Origin: Spirochaetales bacterium
GTDB lineage: Bacteria; Spirochaetota; Spirochaetia; SZUA-6
DNA: 64,000 nucleotides
Direction of reading: 5' to 3'
Assembly: GCA_027021365.1 (NCBI GenBank)
Contig: JALUUM010000040.1
Location: 23,928 to 87,927, forward strand
Shown here: positions 58,619 through 64,000 of the stretch, one piece after another
Layout: every line of letters starts with the position of its first letter
Numbering within the stretch: the stretch's first letter is position 1
Made by a program: the position numbers and the translations under genes
Notes under the pieces: generated by a model
The model's input: the letters and a program-made list of their open reading frames with translations, nothing else
What the model was told of the DNA's origin: nothing
The model's database searches: none

Positions 58619-59494
58619 ATGAAATCAGCCTTTGTTTCAATAATTGGAAGACCCTCTTCGGGAAAATCATCCTTTATCAATCGTGTATGTGGTTACAAGG
58701 TATCAATCGTGACACCGGTACCTCAGACTACGAGAAACAGAATAAGAGGAATATACAACGGAACGAATGTTCAGCTTGTTTTTGTTGATACGCCGGGATA
58801 TCACCTCTCGGAGAAGAAATTCAACCTTCAAATGACAAAGCTTATACAGGATTCCCTCGAGGATGTCGATATCCTACTCTATATGATAGATGTATCCAGA
58901 CAGCCAGGATCGGAAGAGAGTAGTATTGCGGATTTCGTATCGGGATTTAACGGCCCAAAGGTCGTAGTAATGAATAAGATTGATATTAAACAAAATTACC
59001 TCGAAGGACATAAGGCTTTCGTACAGACAAGATTGAAAGATGCACCCATCTTTGCGGTATCTGCCATGACAGGAGAAGGCATACCGGAACTATTGAATTA
59101 CCTGGAAGAAATAGCCCCTGAAGGAACGAGGTATTACGACGATGATATCTACACAGATCAGGAACCATCATTTCGAATAGCAGAAATTATAAGAGAAAAG
59201 GTGATACTCGAGACGCGGGAGGAAATTCCCCACTCCATATACATAGAGATTCTCGATATGGAAATGCAGGAGGAGGGCAAATCCCTCTGGGTGCGCGGAA
59301 TAATCTATACGGAAAGAGACTCTCAGGTAGGAATCATAGTGGGACATGGCGGCAACAGGATAAAGAAGATCAGAAAAGAGGCAGAGAAAGAGCTTTCAGC
59401 CATATTCCCCTACAGGGTCAAACTCGACCTTAGGGTTAAGGTAAAAAAGAAGTGGCGTCGAGATGATGCACTGTTAAAAAAACTCATCTTCTAG
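58619..59494 (+). CDS. era: GTPase Era
   Basis: G1 motif GRPSSGKSS, G2 T, DTPG, NKID, and a C-terminal KH domain. It overlaps the upstream stop. Confidence 0.9.
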   Translation: MKSAFVSIIGRPSSGKSSFINRVCGYKVSIVTPVPQTTRNRIRGIYNGTNVQLVFVDTPGYHLSEKKFNLQMTKLIQDSLEDVDILLYMIDVSRQPGSEESSIADFVSGFNGPKVVVMNKIDIKQNYLEGHKAFVQTRLKDAPIFAVSAMTGEGIPELLNYLEEIAPEGTRYYDDDIYTDQEPSFRIAEIIREKVILETREEIPHSIYIEILDMEMQEEGKSLWVRGIIYTERDSQVGIIVGHGGNRIKKIRKEAEKELSAIFPYRVKLDLRVKVKKKWRRDDALLKKLIF

Positions 59495-59507
59495 TAAACT
59501 ATGTGAA

Positions 59508-60326
59508 ATGACAGTAAGACTCCGAAACAATTTGCTTACGACAGGATTGGTCATAGCTTTTCTTCTCTTTTTTTCTACTTTTCTCTTCGGGTATATCATC
59601 CTCTCTATTAACGGAAATGATGCCAGAGTCGAAGAACTGAACAGGATAGTAGACTTTCATATGATAGATGATACAATCCTTCCCTCTTTCATCACCATCC
59701 AAATTCTCGTGCTTCTCGCATTAATCGTATCCATCGGTACTATCAAGTCCTATAAGAATACCGAAGCCCCCGAGTTATTCTTTTTTACCTTTTTCACCCT
59801 CTCAATTTCATTTGAATCTTTAAGACTCCTCAATGCTGTCATATTTGTCCTCGATACTCCGCTCTATGCCACTCAACTTGTCGCAAAGGCAATATACTTC
59901 GGACGTGTTTTTCGACTGATGAGCCTTTTGGCCTCTACCCTGTACCTTACCAATTTTACATACAAGAGATTCGGAACAATACTTGCCGCTTCCTTTCTCA
60001 TTGCATTTTCGCTGGCAGCATACATACCTGTCGACCCCACACTGCTTTCCAGTGACCTTAGTTACAGCCTGGGAATCAGAAACAGTCGGATTTTTTTCTC
60101 TGTTGCCATATATATACTCGTATTCTTGAACCTCCTGATTGCACTTTTTCAAAAACGTTATCCGAGATACTTATTGTTACTCACAGGAGTATTGATAATA
60201 CTTTCAGGTTCATCCCTCTATCTTCATGATGAACATTTCATCCTGACGCATTCGGGTCTGTTTCTTGTGATTCTTGGAAGTATCATTACAACACGTTCGA
60301 TAGAAAAAATATATATTCCCCTATAG
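59508..60326 (+). CDS. Hypothetical polytopic membrane protein
   Basis: Seven to eight hydrophobic segments and tight spacing after era. Confidence 0.5.
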   Translation: MTVRLRNNLLTTGLVIAFLLFFSTFLFGYIILSINGNDARVEELNRIVDFHMIDDTILPSFITIQILVLLALIVSIGTIKSYKNTEAPELFFFTFFTLSISFESLRLLNAVIFVLDTPLYATQLVAKAIYFGRVFRLMSLLASTLYLTNFTYKRFGTILAASFLIAFSLAAYIPVDPTLLSSDLSYSLGIRNSRIFFSVAIYILVFLNLLIALFQKRYPRYLLLLTGVLIILSGSSLYLHDEHFILTHSGLFLVILGSIITTRSIEKIYIPL

Positions 60327-60387
60327 CACGATCAGGAGGATTCCACAGACCTTTTAATTTTTCAAGAAGATAACAATATAGTTACAA

Positions 60388-61056
60388 TTAAAGAAGGTAG
60401 AAGAACTTCATAGCAACGAGGCCGGTTCCCACGGGAATAATCAGATTGTCTATGTCCTTGGTAGGAAACAGCTCAAACAATGAGGTTGCCGTGGAAATTA
60501 TAAGTGAGAATAATAAATTCCCCGTGATTTTGAATGTTATAATAAAAACTGCAAGGAAACCTGCAAATGTTCCTATGTAACTCTTGCCCCCGGTAAATGG
60601 TATCTTTTTCTTTCCAAACAGGCTCCCCACCAGACTTGCGAAGCCATCACCAAAGGCCAGAGCGAAAATGGCTATACTGGAAGCAGGTTCGGGATATAGA
60701 AGAAGGCTCAGCATTGCTCCAATGCCGAGAGTGATAGGGCCGAGGACGAGCTTACCTCTATCCCTGTCTCTTATCGCAAAGAGAGTTATGTCTGTTACAA
60801 GGATGATACGCCTTCCGTTTAGACGCATTGTCTCTGCAAATGTATAGAAAACTATGCCCATACCAAGAAGTACCATCGTTGCCATAACATCATATGCGGC
60901 AAGGAACGGGACAAAGGCAATGAGCATGTGAATTGTTTTTCTTACGACTTCGTGTTGAATTCTTTCAGCATTGGTGATACTTTTTACAGGTAAGCCCAAT
61001 GCATCAATGGAAGCCTGACTATCTACCCCATACATCATATAATAAACAAGCAACAT
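60388..61056 (-). CDS. Membrane protein of the polyprenol/dolichol-kinase or CTP-transferase-like family (tentative)
   Basis: Polytopic, with a GDGFASLVGSLFGKKK motif resembling CTP-dependent kinase families. Confidence 0.45.
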   Translation of the reverse strand: MLLVYYMMYGVDSQASIDALGLPVKSITNAERIQHEVVRKTIHMLIAFVPFLAAYDVMATMVLLGMGIVFYTFAETMRLNGRRIILVTDITLFAIRDRDRGKLVLGPITLGIGAMLSLLLYPEPASSIAIFALAFGDGFASLVGSLFGKKKIPFTGGKSYIGTFAGFLAVFIITFKITGNLLFSLIISTATSLFELFPTKDIDNLIIPVGTGLVAMKFFYLL

Positions 61057-61192
61057 TCATGCCATTAGTAAAATAAAAAATGATAATCTAATTACTTATG
61101 TAACTGAAAAATACAACCACACTTTTTCCAATACTTGAAAACCGTCTATTGTGGTATAGAAAATAATAACAATTTTTCAAAAAAAATGATAC

Positions 61193-61861
61193 TCAAAATG
61201 TGTTTTGCCTTTCTTTTCTTTCGGAATGCAGAGAAGCAATCTCCTCTTTCATCTTCTCCAGTTCTTCATTTATCCTCTTAAACTGTTTCCTGCTGTAAAA
61301 AAACCTCACAACGGAAATGGGCACATACGTAAGAAGGGCTATGAATAGTTTATCTACCGCCCTGTTCAGATCATTCTCGTGCTTTTCAGGATTCAATATC
61401 CCCCAAAGAGTAGCACTTAAGTCAATCCTCTTACCTTCACTTACCAGCTGACTGAATTTAACCAGAAGAAACGGAAATGCCTTTAGTAAATATACACCGG
61501 CAACAATTACCGTAGCCAGGAAAAAGTAAAAAAAGAGAGATACTTTGAAGACCATCTGTTTTCTTCTTCTTTCCACCTTCAAAAAAATAGCCATGACGAC
61601 GGCAACAATTATTGTTACGGCATCCAGAATCAAGAGACCAATCAGATCGATTCTAAAAAAAAACTTACCCTGCCAGCCTGAAAATGTAATCATCAAGAAT
61701 ATAGTGCTGGGAAGAATTATCATCAGAAATCGAATCCCTGAATCTTCTCTTAAGCCTGCTTTCTCACTCCAGAGATTATGTATCCAGACAGACCAGAATA
61801 CCGTAAGAACAGCGGTGCCTATGTAGACGGTAAGTTCCATTATGGTAATATAATAGAACAA
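61193..61861 (-). CDS. Hypothetical membrane protein with a C-terminal coiled coil
   Basis: Several TM helices followed by EELEKMKEEIASLHSE. Confidence 0.5.
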   Translation of the reverse strand: MFYYITIMELTVYIGTAVLTVFWSVWIHNLWSEKAGLREDSGIRFLMIILPSTIFLMITFSGWQGKFFFRIDLIGLLILDAVTIIVAVVMAIFLKVERRRKQMVFKVSLFFYFFLATVIVAGVYLLKAFPFLLVKFSQLVSEGKRIDLSATLWGILNPEKHENDLNRAVDKLFIALLTYVPISVVRFFYSRKQFKRINEELEKMKEEIASLHSERKERQNTF

Positions 61862-61986
61862 AGAGAATTATTTTGAAAGCACTGGCATATCACTGGTGTC
61901 AATGTCACTTTTTCAATCGAAAAAATTTGCCTTATATAATAATTTTGGTATATTGACATAAAGAAATAAAATATAGGAGAAATGTA

Positions 61987-62646
61987 ATGGGATTTATCAG
62001 CGATAAAGACAAGAAAGTATTACAGGAAAGGCTGTCCAAGCTCGAAAAGCCTGTTAAGCTTGTACTCTTTACCCAGGAAATGGAGTGCCAGTTTTGTAAG
62101 GAGACCCACGAACTGGTAGAAGAAACAGGAAGTCTTTCTGACAAGATATCCGTTGAAATATATCACTTCATGAATGACAAGGAAAAAGCGGATGCATTAA
62201 AGATAGACAAGATACCCGCCATCGCTGTTCTTGGAGAAAATGATAAAGACTTCGGAATCAGGTTCTACGGGATTCCTGCAGGTTACGAGTTTATGTCTCT
62301 ACTTGAAAGCATGGAGATGGTGGCCAAAGAAGATTCAGGACTCGCACCAAATACTCGTGAAAAGCTGAAACTAATAAAGGAACCACTGGATCTCCAGGTT
62401 TTCGTAACTCCGACTTGCCCGTACTGCCCGCGTGCAGTTATACTCGCCTTCAGAATGGCAGTTGAATCGGAATTCATAACATCTTCAATGGTAGAGGCAA
62501 CGGAGTTCCCACACCTTTCTAACAAGTACGGAGTTTCAGGGGTACCCCATACGGTAATCGGGAACAGTCCCCAACCAATGGTTGGTGCCTACCCGGAACA
62601 TGCGGCACTGGAGATGATAATGGCAGCCCTTGGCCTGGAGGGTTAA
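61987..62646 (+). CDS. Glutaredoxin-like protein disulfide oxidoreductase (two thioredoxin-fold units)
   Basis: Two CxxC sites (CQFC and CPYC) in tandem thioredoxin-like halves, as in the PDO-type proteins of thermophiles. Confidence 0.75.
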   Translation: MGFISDKDKKVLQERLSKLEKPVKLVLFTQEMECQFCKETHELVEETGSLSDKISVEIYHFMNDKEKADALKIDKIPAIAVLGENDKDFGIRFYGIPAGYEFMSLLESMEMVAKEDSGLAPNTREKLKLIKEPLDLQVFVTPTCPYCPRAVILAFRMAVESEFITSSMVEATEFPHLSNKYGVSGVPHTVIGNSPQPMVGAYPEHAALEMIMAALGLEG

Positions 62647-62784
62647 CACCAGAGGTTAACACCAAAAAAAGGCGCCGCATTACCAACAATCCGATAAGAC
62701 TTTATTGACAATCCGAGAGCTAGAAAATAAAATATGTCTCGTATCAAATACTGGCCTGTACGGGAAAACCGTACGGGCCGGTTG

Positions 62785-62856
62785 GGGCGATTAACTCAGC
62801 GGGAGAGTGCTACCTTCACACGGTAGAAGTCGGCAGTTCAAATCTGCCATCGCCCA
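62785..62856 (+). tRNA. tRNA-Val (anticodon CAC)
   Basis: Manual fold. Acceptor GGGCGAT/ATCGCCC, D-stem ACTC/GAGT, anticodon stem CTACC/GGTAG with loop TTCACAC, T-arm GGCAG-TTCAAAT-CTGCC, discriminator A. A TTGACA-17-TAAAAT promoter lies about 50 nt upstream. Confidence 0.8.
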
Positions 62857-62998
62857 TTCAAGCCAAACTGTCAATCCATAAAAGAAAAACCTTAAACCCT
62901 TCCTTAAAAACACACTATTATTAAAGAGGCTTATTAAAGGCTCTTGACAAAGCTATTTAATAACGTTAAACTGTAAAAACAAAACAAGGAGAATCTTT

Positions 62999-63910
62999 AT
63001 GGGTAAAAGAATCGTCATAACAGGTGCGGCAGGTTTTGTAGGAGGAAATATTATCAGGCAGGCAAATGAGATGGATAATTATACCTTCTTCGGCATAGAT
63101 ATATACGATATGTCTTTCAGCCAGAACAATCTGTATTCACAGGCATTCGACCTCCTGAACAGGGAAGAACTTTATGAATTTCTCGAAAAGATCAAACCCG
63201 ATGTTATAGTACACCTCGCTGCATTGTCAAATATCGATTACTGTGAAACCAACAAGGAGCAGGCGGAAAAAATCAATGTCGATATCACTCGCAACATTGT
63301 TGAGTTCTGTCAAAACTATTCTTCTCGTCTTATTTACTTTTCCTCAGACAGCATATTCGACGGGAAAAGAGGCTTGTACAGAGAAGAGGATATACCCAGG
63401 CCGCTACACTATTACGGACAAACGAAGGTGAAATCAGAAGGCATTGTCAAGGATGCTATTGATAATTTTGTTATCATTAGACCTTCTCTGATAATGGGAC
63501 TTCCAGTAGGGGAAAACGGGAACTCATTCCTTTGGCGTATGATAAAATCCATGAAGAAAGGTAATGCAGTAGCCTTCCCGAAATCTGAAATAAGAAGTCC
63601 CGTGGATGTCATTACCTTGAGCAGGGCAATTCTCGAACTTGCGAATCATGATTACACCGGCATTCTTCATATTTCCGGAAATGATGTGATTAACAGATAC
63701 GACATGGCAAAAAGAATAGCCGACAACCTAGGTTATCCTACTGAGTTAGTTATAGACAGAAAGCCTGAGATCTCATCTGGAAGAGCTCCAAGACCGAAAG
63801 ATGTGAGCCTGGACAATTCCAGGGCAAAGAAGATTCTTAAAACCCGGATGGTCGGACTGGACAGGGGAATCCAACTGGTTATAGAGAATGCGGAGGATAA
63901 AGACATATGA
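62999..63910 (+). CDS. NAD(P)-dependent sugar-nucleotide reductase/epimerase (RmlD-like SDR)
   Basis: ITGAAGFVGGN Rossmann fold and YxxxK (YYGQTK). Confidence 0.75.
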   Translation: MGKRIVITGAAGFVGGNIIRQANEMDNYTFFGIDIYDMSFSQNNLYSQAFDLLNREELYEFLEKIKPDVIVHLAALSNIDYCETNKEQAEKINVDITRNIVEFCQNYSSRLIYFSSDSIFDGKRGLYREEDIPRPLHYYGQTKVKSEGIVKDAIDNFVIIRPSLIMGLPVGENGNSFLWRMIKSMKKGNAVAFPKSEIRSPVDVITLSRAILELANHDYTGILHISGNDVINRYDMAKRIADNLGYPTELVIDRKPEISSGRAPRPKDVSLDNSRAKKILKTRMVGLDRGIQLVIENAEDKDI

Positions 63911-64000
63911 ACAAACCAGAAATCAAATACGACCTTCAGATAAAACATGGAAACATATACGGAGAAGAGGAGGAAAGAACCGTCATAGAAGTACTCAGAA
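63907..64000 (+). CDS. Partial CDS (N-terminus only), function undetermined
   Basis: ATG overlaps the upstream stop, and the ORF runs off the window edge. Confidence 0.35.
   Translation, partial: MNKPEIKYDLQIKHGNIYGEEEERTVIEVLR

Noticed and set aside
62740-62784. Hairpin CCTGTACGGGAAAACCGTACGGG upstream of tRNA-Val, considered as a terminator
   Set aside because: It is not followed by a U-run and lies between the tRNA promoter and the mature 5' end, so it is more likely part of the processed leader.

Overview
This is a 64 kb bacterial chromosomal segment with about 45% GC and tight operon packing. It carries roughly 70 protein genes and one tRNA (Val-CAC), with no rRNA and no CRISPR array. 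Much of it is core content: infA, trmB, argJ, purC, clpP, mtnP, apbE, era, a sugar ABC transporter, a TetR/HD-GYP pair and a glutaredoxin-like double-thioredoxin protein. The following blocks stand out:

- **Bat-type operon (11.0-18.3 kb, minus strand).** A complete operon of this type runs MoxR AAA+ ATPase, DUF58, two vWA proteins, a TPR protein and a fused BatD/BatE-like protein with a C-terminal SH3b domain.
- **Partner-switching cluster (22.1-31.3 kb).** This cluster is the best candidate for an undescribed system. It holds two STAS proteins, an RsbW-like kinase with a receiver-like N-terminus, an RsbU-type PP2C phosphatase and an HDOD protein, but no sigma factor. The cluster also contains an unrecognised pair of tandem paralogs, an internally duplicated acidic protein, an orphan ParA with an overlapping small basic protein, and one active plus one degenerate alpha/beta hydrolase.
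- **AT-rich insertion (45.5-49.9 kb).** Three type II toxin-antitoxin modules (HEPN/MNT, ParE/Phd, VapBC), a higher-GC HD-domain gene and a stop-codon-interrupted pseudogene sit here. A repeated ~128 bp promoter/5'-leader cassette precedes the operons.
- **Smaller items.** A DEAD-box helicase homolog has every catalytic motif degenerate and is translationally coupled to trmB. A clpP leader carries its own promoter and an intrinsic-terminator hairpin. A zinc-ribbon ThrC-like enzyme sits next to an alpha-oxoamine synthase, an arrangement reminiscent of cysteate/sulfonolipid synthesis. A palindromic operator lies in front of the TetR gene.

All calls are from reading the translations and sequence by eye; no database searches were run.
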